Assembly: GCA_950097015.1 (NCBI GenBank) | Contig: CATNEN010000025.1 | Location: 4,092,001 to 4,156,000, forward strand | Direction: 5' to 3' | DNA length: 64,000 nt | From: Macrostomum hystrix | Lineage: Eukaryota; Animalia; Platyhelminthes | Shown here: piece by piece, positions 34,410-46,683 of the stretch | How the letters are laid out: each line of letters starts with the position of its first letter | Position numbering within the stretch: position 1 is the first letter of the stretch | Notes under the pieces: model-generated | What the model was told of the DNA's origin: nothing | The model's database searches: none | Seen by the model: the letters and a program-made list of their open reading frames with translations, nothing else | Made by a program: the position numbers and the translations under genes

Positions 34410-37162
34410 CTGTCCGTGGCACGGTGGAAAGCCTGCAAAATGCAACGCTCAATTGGTAGATAAAGATTGTCCGTCCTTCTGAGGCAGCATTTTCCAACAG
34501 TTTATATTTGTCCTTTTCCCTAATAATGTTCTGCTTTTTTCACTGCACTCTCTCGTCTCTACAGCAGCAGATTGCATTGGGAATTCACTGGGGAGACGCG
34601 AGGCGTGCAGGTGACAGGCGCCCTTGACTTACTAGAGCCAGTTTGAAATCTAAATTGGATTGCTTCTAGGAGGGAAAGTGTCAGCTAAGAGAAAATGTTA
34701 CTTCACGAGATTCATTATACGACTATAGAGAACTGAAATGCCAGTCTAGAGTTTGCGGTTCTCTTTACCGACTTCTCCTCCGCTGTATTAGATTTAAGGG
34801 TAGAAAAAAAGGTTGCCGAAGGTACGATATAAATTGTTCGAGTGTGCCAGTTTATCGGTAAATATTGGGAGATCTGGAGAGATAAGTGTGCACTGGCCAG
34901 GTAGAAAGCTGGGTCCAGTAATGAACAGTGAAATCTGTTGGCCCATCATGCTGTAACTATACAGACATCAAAGTTGATATGATTGTGAGGGTTAAAATAG
35001 GGCAGTTGAGGGGGCGGTGTTGGGACCGCTATTCCGTAAGGAGATTCTGCTAGATTATGGGAAGATCCCGGTATAGGAGGAAGAACCGCGCCAGTGAAAT
35101 AATCAGCATTGGCATTTTCCCTACCCATCGCTCTCCTCCCACAATCCGTGAAGTGTAAGATTGGGCAAATGTTTTTGGGGATGCGGCGAGGAGGTTGGCA
35201 GCTGAGCGAGAGGCAACTGCGAAAACTTGCCATGCAGCAGAGATTTCAACTGCTTCTCGGCCCTTTTTCGCTCTCTGCACTCGTTCCTCTGTTCCTGGGG
35301 TCCCGATCCTTTTGCCTTGTAATTTGATCCTAGTAACCGATTCTGACGGTAAGGAGCGGCTGGAGCTTATGGCGGGAAGATTCGGAATGACTATTCGGAA
35401 CGGAACCCCTTCGCCTCACCCGCATCCTCCGCCTATTGAAGCCGTTGTCGAGGGGGGTGGAGGAAGGACGGTCTGGGGCATAACGCCTCCCCCCCGACTG
35501 ATGCGACCCAGTTGATGAGAGGGAAATGAGCTAGGGAAGGACCCTCCAAGCAATGCCTACCAGCGCATGCGGAGATTTCGTTTCAGCCTCAGGAAGCCCC
35601 GACAACACTTCCATTTTCCATATTTTTTGGCTGCAGCGTGTGGGAGAGAAATGGGGAGGATTTCGCTGTCTCCCTGCCCTGTCCGCTTGATCGCGCCCTC
35701 CAATTCCATCTGGCGATACGCTTGTTGCTTCCAAGGCGATACAGAAGAAGAACAAGTCTGACAACACGAGATGCCTGTTCGTCATCTCTCCCACTCCGGC
35801 AAGAAGCACTCAGTCGTCGCGTAGCTTTCTTTGCAATTAGGAAGCTTTCCACACCTATTGGTTGTACACGGCCCGTGGCTGGAGTTAATCAGATTTCACG
35901 CAAGCTGGCCTCGCATCAGTTGCTTGGGAGAGTTATCGATTAGGCTGAGCTATTGGGCCGTCGTGCCCCGTCCACCATCTACAGCATACTCGTACAGTAG
36001 ACTCTTTGGTTTCTTGATTTAATTTATAGTCCTCTGCTATAATTCATCATTGTCTTAAGATATATCAGCGAAACTCGAATCTAATTATAAATATAATGCT
36101 AAAATAATAATATTTACAGGAGGGCTGTGAGCACTGGAACATCGTTTGGTAGACCCACAGCCCACAATTCTACCCATTCCGCTGACTCCTGAGCACAAAA
36201 TCATACAGGTGAGTACAAATGCCCTGACCTTCTTATTGGAAGAAAGTGGGCCATGGAGGTTGGCCCTGAAGGGCGTAAATTTCCCGCGGCTGCGCCCGAA
36301 ATGAATGTGGCCTCGCCGTGGATTCGAGCTCAGGAACCTTGGTGCGACTGGAAAACGCGATAGACTGCATTGCCACTTGCCTCCTATATAGATTATATCC
36401 TATATAGACTATAGAGATTATTATTCAGGTAAGAATTTCGAGGAAAAAAATATGCTCAGTGCAGAGTTTGGTGTCGGAGTTTTCTGACATCAGAAGTCTT
36501 AGGAGCTGGGTCACTTTTGATCGGGTATCGAGACAGAGTTGATTGACGTGAGTGTTTTAGGGTATCGAAAATCAATGAGCCAACAGAATAGGCTGAGCAA
36601 AATATCCTGTCTCTTCTCTTCAGATTGATGTCTGTGTGTTTGTGTTTACAAGCCCTGCAAACCAAAATGCGCAAAAGTGCTTTGAAACACGAACTCGCAC
36701 CCGCTTGTGACCCCAACCCCAACCCCTTCCCCAGAGACAGATGAGGTTAAAACGAATCTCCACTTGTCTGATAGGATTTACACAGATATGCATACTCAAG
36801 GCTGACAGCACATACTTAGTTAGCTGGTTGGGTCCACCCAATTAATTTGTAGAATTTATTCACATATTTTAGAGATTGTGAAGTTTTTACAAGGCATTTT
36901 CATTTTTCGAAAGTTACTCGACTTCTTTTCTTGCAGACTTTGTGTTTCTTGTGACGTTGTGACTAGAAAATAAACCGAATTAAGCACTTAGTGGCATTCA
37001 AAATTACCGACCTAATTGCAGATGTTTGTCAGTGTTGAAACTGATTTCACTTAAAGATCACTTCATGCATAGAGGAATGGAAAACGGTGAGCGATGGCCG
37101 CCGGGCCTACTGTAGAAACGTCGATACCGGGACGCTGATGGATGCGCCTGATTGTGCGGAGG

Positions 37163-37388
37163 CCTTGGTTAGGATGTAGGTAGTCTTACCATTTAGCTTG
37201 GTATGATTGTGCGTACCAAGGCCTCCTTGGTTAGGATGTAGGTAGTCTTACCATTTAGCTTGGTATGATTGTGCGTACCAAGGCCTCCTTGGTTAGGATG
37301 TAGGTAGTCTTACCATTTAGCTTGGTATGATTGTGCGTACCAAGGCCTCCTTGGTTAGGATGTAGGTAGTCTTACCATTTAGCTTGGT
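37163..37388. repeat. 62-bp tandem repeat, ~3.6 near-identical copies
   Basis: Period 62 (37163, 37225); each unit is bounded by complementary CCTTGGT / ACCAAGG. Confidence 0.92.
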
Positions 37389-37432
37389 CGAATTTCATCA
37401 GACCAGCTCATGCGGACCTTCATTGACTATCT

Positions 37433-37729
37433 TGACGACTTGACTTGACGACTTGAAGGTCGGGGGTTCGATTCCCGACTCCACTGGAGCAATTTGCGTC
37501 CTTTAGCAAGACTCTTAACTCTGCATTGCTTCAGTTCACCCAGCTGTTAAATGGGTACCAGCATCAGCTGGGATAATTGAAGGTGGGTGTGGCGTCCCCC
37601 CAGTCCGTGGACTGAACAGCTGTACGCAGCCTTCAGATGCGCCGCGCATTAGCTGCGGCTGTGCTGTCGGCTGCACATCTGACCCAATTGGGGCAGGTGT
37701 AATCAATTATTATTATTATTATTATTATT
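37433..37729 (+). mobile_element. tRNA-derived CORE-type SINE, 5' truncated, with (ATT)n tail and 11-bp TSD
   Basis: B box GGTTCGATTCC at 37465-37475. Central CCTTTAGCAAGACTCTTAACTC...CTTCAGTTCACCCAGCTGTTAAATGGG resembles the MIR CORE consensus. (ATT)n tail. ATTGACTATCT flanks both sides (37422-37432, 37730-37740). Confidence 0.85.
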
Positions 37730-38629
37730 ATTGACTATCTAATAACTCTGACTCGATATATTGCTATTGCAGTTAGATGGGACCGTGCGAGTGAGTAGTT
37801 TTGCCTGAGGCATTAGCATCACTTGTGTCTATTTGAGCAGGGCTCACAGAATAATTGACAGAGTAAGTCAATAGGCTTACACAAAGCTAGCAAATTTCGG
37901 GATGAAACAATATGATTGTACTGCCATCCCCAGGGCTAGCAAAAATCAAGAGTTGGTGGGGGGAGAGAGAGGGAGATATAGAAGAGATACACAGCCCATG
38001 CATTGGACACAGCTCACACGTTGCCTTGATGATGCTAAGCCCAATCTGCGTGGCTTTGCCCCATTCGGATGAGGTCCCGGGAGTGAGGGCTATGACCGTG
38101 GCGAGAATGACACAGTCTACCCATCCGCCATAGAATTTGAGCTGCGGGCGGCCCAGCTTCGCCATGGATGTTCGAGTTTAGTTGCCACGCTATATCCCAT
38201 CGGCCCCATGTGGTAGCGGGCAAGTCCCGGGATATCAAAGAGGGAACAGTGCTGTGAAGGGAGAGATGGCTTCGATTCGGGCCGGGGGGAGCAGAGAGCG
38301 GATGAAGCGCGGACAGCGGGGGTTTTAGACGGGTTTTGTGCTTTGCATCAAGTTCTGCATAATAATTGACGCAATGAGTTTGTCGAGATGGGAATTGGGA
38401 GGCTGCCCAAGTAGCTTTGGTCGCAGAGGCACCGAAGCGCTCTGGCAGCTTGAATTGCACGACAAATTATCCTAGTGGCACAGCGAACCCAGCCGCCTGA
38501 CCCATGCCACCGCTTACGTAGTGCAGCTGTTCTTTTCTACGGAAAGGAATTCGCCCCAACTGACTGACAGTCCTGCTGTATCGAAGCACCAACGCTGGTC
38601 AATTTATAAGTTCGAAAAAATCTTTATCT

Positions 38630-38857
38630 AATAATTATAATAATTACACCTGTCCCGATTAGGCCAGAGGTGAATTGTCGACAGCTGAAGGCTGCGTACG
38701 GCTGTTCAGTCCATGGACTGGGGAGTCGTCACACCCGCTGATGCTAGTAACCATTTAACAACTGGGTGAACTGAAGCAATCCAGAGTTTAGTGTCTGGCT
38801 AAAGGACACAAATTGTTTAAGAGGGTTCGGAAATGCTCTAACCACTCGGCTAAAACC
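38630..38857 (-). mobile_element. Second, diverged and internally deleted copy of the same SINE in inverted orientation
   Basis: Minus strand: A box TAGCCGAGTGGTTAGAGC, CORE-like CCTTTAGCCAGACACTAAACTCTGGATTGCTTCAGTTCACCCAG, CAGTCCATGGACTGAACAGC, and an AT-rich tail. Confidence 0.8.
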
Positions 38858-40364
38858 TCTTGTGAAATAAACATTATGGGAAAGAAGTGACTACGAAAAC
38901 AAGACAGGCCTAAGGCCAGCTGTGCCACTGCTCTAAAACAGCTACTTCCTTTTTAGCTAGGCGCCTAAGCTTTAGAAGATTTTAGCCAGATGAAGCCGCT
39001 GCTTGACAGATAGGGGGGGGGGCTTCGTGATGGTGCACTTTGTCTCCTTCCCATTTGCCCCTCTGTCTCCAATGCTGTGTAGAATGTGTCTCAGTGTTGC
39101 CGAGTAAATATATACAAATGGGGATGCGGCGTGCCATGCGGCCGGGAAAAATATAGTTGCCATCATGCAGGAAAGAGGTGCTACTCCCCACCCCAACCCC
39201 TGGGGGGGGAGCTGCCACTGTTTGGGCCATCCTCTGCAACTCAGTCTACTTCTACAGCTGCTCACAGCCAGGCCAGGCAATAAAACTGGCAAAAATGTTT
39301 ATCCGTGGTTGTGACAGAGAAAAATAAAGATATGAAACAGAACACATAAAAAGGCAACAACCCTTCAGATCCGATTTGCATATTTTGTTTCTATTGGCAT
39401 TTTCTGGCCTAATTAGGGCGACCCACTTTATATTATTGCCTCGATCGTACAGAACCCGCCAGCCAGATACGTTGAAGCAGACGGAAACGATCACGAGTCC
39501 CAGTATTGATATGAACTCCCCCATTTCCTCTCCATCAAGTGAGCACGGAGTGACTTCTCAGCGACTGTTTGCCAGAGCTTTAATTAAACTGCGCCCACGT
39601 TGATTATCTTTCTGCCCCTCCTCCCTGACGCCACCCCTGACTCTCTCTCTACTCGATCAAACCGGAAAGTGCAGAGTCCGAGGAGTGCTAGCCCGCACTG
39701 ATGCCAATCGCCATGCTCTCCAACCCCGGTCCGATGGTGGCAGCGGGGCCATCATACAAAAACTATTCTTCTTCCCCCGCTCATTTTCTTCTTCTAGCAA
39801 AAATATCTAAAAAATGCTGCCGATGCGAGAAGGGCTTTCGGGAGGCTTCGGCGCGTCGCCGGTCCTTTCTTCGAATGGGAATTTATTGCGCGAACAGTCG
39901 CATCTCTACCTTGCAGCTGGCCGCATGGCTCCCAAAACCCAAACTTGCAACTTTGCAGCTCTCCTGACTCTAAACCTATTGCATTTACACACGCACACAC
40001 GGCGCACACATACGCAGCTTGTTCGGCGCACCCTAAGCCCCTTCACCAGCCAACCAGTTGTGTCTGCTGGCGACCCAATGCTAGCAGCTTCCTTGCCTCT
40101 TACCCCATCTCTCTCTCTCTCCCAATCCAAAAATAGTCCAGCGCTGACATTTGTGCGCCCCAGTACAAATAGTTACCCGCGCCAGTCGCCCCATCTCCTT
40201 TCTCCCCCATTCACCAGTCCAATATTCGCTATTTTCGCCCCATCCAGCTCGGCTTCGTTGCCGCCGCCTTTAACAGCGATCCTCCGCCTTCACTGAGGCT
40301 TCGCAGGCGGCAGTCGCCGATTGGCATTTCCGATAGCCTCCGCTAGCCTTTTTCCTTTGTTCAG

Positions 40365-41285
40365 CACTCAAGACTCGACTTAGCTTTAAGCATTCGACAT
40401 CGCCAGCCCGCCAGCCCGTCAGGACGCGTCCGCTCCTCCTCCTTCACTCCATCGGGAGCGACGGGTCCCCGCAGCCTCCCTGGCAGCCCTGGATCGGGGA
40501 GTCGAGACCGGGCCAGCCGCAAGACGGAGACCCGAGCAGCGTCAGTCACCGCCGCAGCAGCCGCAGCAGCCGCCGCAGCCGCCGCAGCATCGGCCGTTGA
40601 AGCCGAGGACGCAGCCGCCTCCGCGTCAGCAGCAGCAGCAGCTACGGTCGGTTCGCCATCATCCACCGGCGTCAGCCTTAGCGGCGGCGGCGGCGGAACA
40701 GGAGGAACTGGTAGCGGAGGTGGAATCAGTAAATTTGGCGCTGTCGGCGGCAGCGGCGGCAGTGCCGTCAGCAGCGGTTCCGACAGGTTTGCAATCCTGG
40801 GTGAGCCAGTGTCGGCCGTGTCTTCGTCCTCGTCACCGCCAACGGCAACAGCCGCAGCAGCCGCCGTTGCTATCACCTGGCAGCCGTGGATGGTCCACGT
40901 AATCATCAGCGCAGTGTGCCTGCTGCTGCTCCTAATCAGCTTCGCCGCCTACCACAGGAAGCGGCGCAAAGTGGCCGTGGCCAAGCAGCACCGGCTGTGG
41001 AAGCGGGGCGCCAAGCTGCGCATGATGTCCAGCGCTGTCGGGATAACCCAGTCGCTCGGGCTTCATTTTACAAACGACATCAACGCCATCGCCGGCTCTG
41101 GACAGTTAGACTTCCTCACCAAGGAGGCTCTGGACAGCAACAGCTTCAGCGGCGACTTTGGCGTTCCATTCGGTGGCACCTCCGGCCTGACCGCCGGCGT
41201 ACTGGACCCTGGGAAGAAGAAGGGCGGCCTGCTCATGTTCGACTTCCGCAAGCAGTCCGCGAGAGCGTCAGGTGGGACAGGCTGA
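40365..41285 (+). CDS. Terminal coding exon of a single-pass membrane protein (Ala/Gly/Ser-rich stalk, TM helix, basic stop-transfer, ~100-aa tail); upstream exons unresolved
   Basis: Polypyrimidine acceptor CCTTTTTCCTTTGTTCAG at 40364 opens a 307-codon frame with no early ATG. TM segment WMVHVIISAVCLLLLLISFAAY is followed by HRKRRK; GC-rich. Confidence 0.6.
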   Translation, partial: HSRLDLALSIRHRQPASPSGRVRSSSFTPSGATGPRSLPGSPGSGSRDRASRKTETRAASVTAAAAAAAAAAAAASAVEAEDAAASASAAAAATVGSPSSTGVSLSGGGGGTGGTGSGGGISKFGAVGGSGGSAVSSGSDRFAILGEPVSAVSSSSSPPTATAAAAAVAITWQPWMVHVIISAVCLLLLLISFAAYHRKRRKVAVAKQHRLWKRGAKLRMMSSAVGITQSLGLHFTNDINAIAGSGQLDFLTKEALDSNSFSGDFGVPFGGTSGLTAGVLDPGKKKGGLLMFDFRKQSARASGGTG

Positions 41286-42030
41286 ACCCAACAACCCCGT
41301 CACCTTTCCCTTCTCCCCCTCGTTTATCCTTGTGCCTAGCAATTGCTCGGCTAATCATCTCAGATCTTGTCTGCCTGAAACTGCAGCAATTATCAGTCTC
41401 TTGAAGCAGATCCTGCTAGAAAGTCACGAGACGGAGTTAACCTCTCTATGAGCAAGCTCATTCACTGCTTGTCCTTAATGCCTCATCTTTCTCGGTGCAC
41501 GCAGTTCCACTGATAAGGTTATTACTTTTTAACTGTCTATATACACGTTTATATGAAATAATATATTTATTTTTTTAGTTGTAATCGCCTAAAACAAAAC
41601 CGTTTAACCGCTTAATTTTTATTTCTGGCCCGTGAGATTACCTGTATTGGCCTGTAGTATTTTGTGATCAAAGCATCGCTGTACTGGTACTGGCTTATGT
41701 ATGTCGCTTAAACCGTAGACTCCTAACCACAGTAGAAGAGCGTAAGCTCCTGAAGTGTTTCACTGACAGTCGACTGACGTGAGCTTTGTTGTGCGCTTGT
41801 GAATGCAGACCTGCTTTTGCTCTCTCCTTCTCTTCCCCTGTCTCTCTTCTGTCTTCTCTCTGCAGTCATCAATGCCTAATTATCTGTTTGTTTATGGGAT
41901 TGACAAGATCAGAATACGAGCCGACTTTGTCTTGTTCCTATTCAGTTCAAATTGGTGCCAAATCGAGCCACCGTCTGTGAGCTTAGTGTGGTAACTCTCC
42001 AGGGTGCTTTTTTAACAGTAGAAACACCAC

Positions 42031-42505
42031 GGGGTATTTCAAATACCCGCTGCCTACTCCACGATAACTCCCAAATCCAATGACCGATTTTCGTGAAAGT
42101 CCACCATCTGGTGAATCAAAATTTTCTTCCTTTTACGATGAAATAATTTTCAAAGCCACCCGAGCCGTCGAGATATTCAGCGACCCTGGTGATAAGGACA
42201 ACTGACACTGCTCAGTGAAACCTCTAAGGCGAATCCATTTAGGTTCGAAATTGAAAAAAGTAACAATTTAATCAATGCAAAACAGCCAACAGTGATAGCC
42301 GACATGGTTACATTATGAAATGTGAGCAGAAAAACTATGCCTAAATTGGTGGTTTTTGCCACCAGACACCCCGACGAGTATCGTTGAATATCTCGACGAT
42401 GCCGATGTTTTATGATTCTGGAAGTTGTTTCATCGGGTAAAGCGGAGAATTTTAGCCTCTGTTCTGGATTTTCATAGCGATCGGCTGAATATTTTGGGAT
42501 GCTGT
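42031..42505. mobile_element. Second copy of the MITE/foldback-like element found in the RPS5-A intron
   Basis: Collinear similarity to 13595-14040, with inverted arms (CGTCGAGATATTCAGCGA / TCGTTGAATATCTCGACG). Ends are approximate. Confidence 0.7.
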
Positions 42506-43390
42506 CGACCTTTTTAACACCTGCCTTCCGCTGTAGCTTAGTTCCCATAGTCATGCAGTAAGCAACTGTACATAAGCATGCAGATCTCTGAGCAGTCTAT
42601 GCTCACATGAAAAGCCTTTCTTCAATCTTCAATTTTAGGGAGTTCCAACAATAGAATATACAGTACCGCGTGACTGTGTGACTGTCTGTGCTCAGTGTGG
42701 CTCACTAATTTGCAAAAGCAACAATATTGCACATATAGATACAAAAATACACAATCCTATCTGCACACTATTAGATTATAACAAATGTAAGTATGAAGAC
42801 AGGCCTCTGTTTTGTTTCTTGTCGCAAAATTTTTTTGACTTTTTTTCAAAGCCTGGCTTCTGAAGGATTGTGTTGGTATTAAGATGACTCATTTTAAAAC
42901 ATACTCGTACATGAACTCACATTTGAGACTTGTGATAAGAGGATGATGAATGATTTAGTAACATGCGAAATTGAGCCACTTTTTAATAAAGTTTGCGGCA
43001 CTGCTGATTGCTTACTTGCGCACCCAGAAATACCCGATCTAATGATTCCAAGACACTAAAATAAATCTATTAAATCACTCAGTGCATTGCTGGTGTTCGC
43101 CCCCTCAACCGCTTGTTGACACCCTAACCTTTGCAATTCCTATTATTCTGATTTGCAGTCTTCTCCACCGTTGAGCAGACAGTGTTGCTTCTTTCATTGT
43201 GGTGACACCGCCTTAGTAGAGTCAGGAATGCTCTATTCGTGCATTGAGGCCTGTGCCAGTTATATTGCTTTTACAGAAGCATGCGACAGCACATTGCACT
43301 CCCGAATGGCATACAAGCTTAGCGGTCGAATTTCATGTTAAATATGTAACCAAAGATACCGCTTTTGGACGAGGTTTGCTTGCAATCCTT

Positions 43391-45676
43391 CTGCTAATTC
43401 ACCTGGTTCTCACGGACTGCTCATTCACCTGGTTCTCACGGACTGCTCATTCACCTGGTTCTCACGGACTGCTAATTCACCTGGTTCTCACGGACTGCTC
43501 ATTCACCCTGGTTCTCACGGACTGCTCATTCACCCTGGTTCTCACGGACTGCTCATTCACCCTGGTTCTCACGGACTGCTCATTCACCCTGGTTCTCACG
43601 GACTGCTAATTCACCCTGGTTCTCACGGACTGCTAATTCACCCTGGTTCTCACGGACTGCTCATTCATCCTGGTTCTCACGGACTGCTCATTCACCCTGG
43701 TTCTCACGGACTGCTCATTCATCCTGGTTCTCACGGACTGCTCATTCATCCTGGTTCTCACGGACTGCTCATTCACCCTGGTTCTCACGGACTGCTCATT
43801 CACCCTGGTTCTCACGGACTGCTAATTCATCCTGGTTCTCACGGACTGCTCATTCACCCTGGTTCTCACGGACTGCTCATGCACCTTGGTTCTCACGGAC
43901 TGCTCATTCACCCTGGTTCTCACGGACTGCTCATTCACCCTGGTTCTCACGGACTGCTAATTCACCCTGGTTCTCACGGACTGCCAATTCACCCTGGTTC
44001 TCACGGACTGCTAATTCACCCTGGTTCTCACGGACTGCTAATTCATCCTGGTTCTCACGGACTGCTGATTCAACCTGGTTCTCACGGACTGCTCATTCAC
44101 CCTGGTTCTCACGGACTGCTCATTCACCCTGGTTCTCACGGACTGCTAATTCACCCATGTTCTCACGGACTGCTAATTCACCCTGGTTCTCACGGCCACT
44201 GCTAATATTCAACCTGGTTCTCACGGACTGCTCATTCATCCTGGTTCTCACGGACTGCTCATTCACCCTGGTTCTCACGGACTGCTGATTCAACCTGGTT
44301 CTCACGGACTGCTAATTCAACCTGATTCTCACGGACTGCTAATTCACCCTGGTTCTCACGGACTGCTAATTCATCCTGGTTCTCACGGACTGCTGATTCA
44401 ACCTGGTTCTCACGGACTGCTCATTCACCCTGGTTCTCACGGACTGCTCATTCATCCTGGTTCTCACGGACTGCTAATTCACCCTGGTTCTCACGGACTG
44501 CTCATTCACCCTGGTTCTCACGGACTGCTCATTCACCCTGGTTCTCACGGACTGCTAATTCACCCTGGTTCTCACGGACTGCCAATTCACCCTGGTTCTC
44601 ACGGACTGCTAATTCACTCTGATTCTCACGGACTGCTAATTCACCCATGTTGTCACGGACTGCTAATTCACCCTGGTTCTCACGGCCACTACTAATATTC
44701 AACCTGGTTCTCACGGACTGCTCATTCATCCTGGTTCTCACGGACTGCTCATTCACCCTGGTTCTCACAGACTGCTCATTCACCCTGGTTCTCACGGACT
44801 GCTCATTCATCCTGGTTCTCACGGACTGCTAATTCACCCTGGTTCTCACGGACTGCTAATATTCAACCTGGTTCTCACGGACTGCTCATTCATCCTGGTT
44901 CTCACGGACTGCTAATTCACCGTGGTTCTCACGGACTGCTAATATTCAACCTGGTTCTCACGGACTGCTAATTCACCCTGGTTCTCACGGACTGCTCATT
45001 CATCCTGGTTCTCACGGACTTCTCATTCATCCTGGTTCTCATGGACTGCTCATTCAACCTGGTTCTCATGGACTGCTAATTCACCCTGGTTCTCACGGAC
45101 TGCTCATTCATCCTGGTTCTCACGGACTGCTCATTCATCCTGGTTCTCACGGACTGCTCATTCACCCTGGTTCTCACGGACTGCTAATATTCAACCTGGT
45201 TCTCACGGACTGCTAATTCATCCTGGTTCTCACGGACTGCTCATTCATCCTGGTTCTCACGGACTTCTCATTCATCCTGGTTCTCATGGACTGCTCATTC
45301 ACCCTGGTTCTCACGGACTGCTCATTCATCCTGGTTCTCACGGACTGCTAATTCGACCTGGTTCTCACGGACTGCTCATTCACCCTGGTTCTCACGGACT
45401 GCTCATTCACCCTGGTTCTCACGGACTGCTCATTCACCCTGGTTCTCACGGACTGCTAATTCACCCTGGTTCTCACGGACTGCTCATTCACCCTGGTTCT
45501 CACGGACTGCTCATTCACCCTGGTTCTCACGGACTGCTCATTCACCCTGGTTCTCACGGACTGCTCATTCACCCTGGTTCTCACGGACTGCTCATTCACC
45601 CTGGTTCTCACGGACTGCTAATTCACCCTGGTTCTCACGGACTGCTCATTCACCCTGGTTCTCACGGACTGCTAAT
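43391..45676. repeat. 27-bp minisatellite (CACGGACTGCTCATTCACCCTGGTTCT), ~85 units
   Basis: Period 27 (43501, 43528); explains the HPGSHGLLI and LVLTDCSFT ORFs. Confidence 0.97.
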
Positions 45677-46487
45677 CGGGAACAAATCTCTCAGGTCTCA
45701 AGGACTGCTCACTGTCTGTCACTTATCGGGAGCACGTAACCCTGGTTCTCAGAACTGCTCATTGTCTTTGTCTCAGGGGGATACATCACAAAGACCCTTT
45801 CTCATAGAAGACATGCGGAAAATGTCAAGTTACAAAAAATCTGTACAGTATTTCAAAATCTACCTCGACGACTGTTTCGTATCATCCTTCAGTGTCAAAG
45901 AAAAAAACGTTTTTTATTTTTTTATTTCATGTCAAATTAAGAAAACAAATTGACCGAACATTTTCTGTGATATTTTTAAGTCGCGTTTAAAGCAAAAATT
46001 AAATGACTTCAAAAATGCCACCCCGAATTGATCAGCTGGAGTCTTCCTGAATCACCGATCGACATTACGGGAGGCCTCATTGCGCAACAGTTTCGGCGCA
46101 TCGCCAGCTCCGATGCAGTTCGCAAAGAGCGTCGGCGCCGCCACCAGAGGCGGTAGCAGCGGCGGCGGTGGTGGCGGAGGTGGCGGTGGCAGCGCAGCCT
46201 GTGAGCACTACCTGGAACCATGCTCATGGGATGTCCTGAGGCATGTTTCAAATGTGCGTCGAAAATTTGCATAGATACGTAGGAACTAGATTAGTTCTCC
46301 CATGCTTGGTATTTACTGCGAACTTTCTTCAAATCTAAACTTCAAGAAACTCGGGTTTCCAGAAATTAGTAGGATTTGCAGATTATTGACTATTCAAAGA
46401 TTTCCAAGAGTTGTGTGGTTTCTAGGAATTACGAATTCATAGAACTGCATTTCTTAGCAGTTGGATTTCCGGACAAAAAAATTCATA

Positions 46488-46683
46488 TGTGGCGGTCACG
46501 CCACAAGAGCGTGCGCGCTCCGGCAGCCACCCCAACCCCGGCCAGGAAGGCCGGCGCTATGTGCATAAACGCTGTGCGTTGACTGGCTGCCTAGTGTACA
46601 CCGCTGGCCTATATAACTTAAGACCTTTACCTCGTGCGCCTTAACATCTGCCAAATAAACTTTACGTGGCTCAACTCGCCACA
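46488..46683 (+). mobile_element. 196-bp solo LTR (Ty3/Gypsy- or TRIM-like)
   Basis: TGTGGCG...CGCCACA inverted termini, 4-bp TSD CATA (46484-46487, 46684-46687), TATATAA at 46610 and AATAAA at 46654. Confidence 0.85.

Noticed and set aside
46020-46240. GC-rich island with (GGC/GGT)n that might be a coding exon
   Set aside because: No frame on either strand gives a recognisable protein or convincing splice boundaries; left unassigned.
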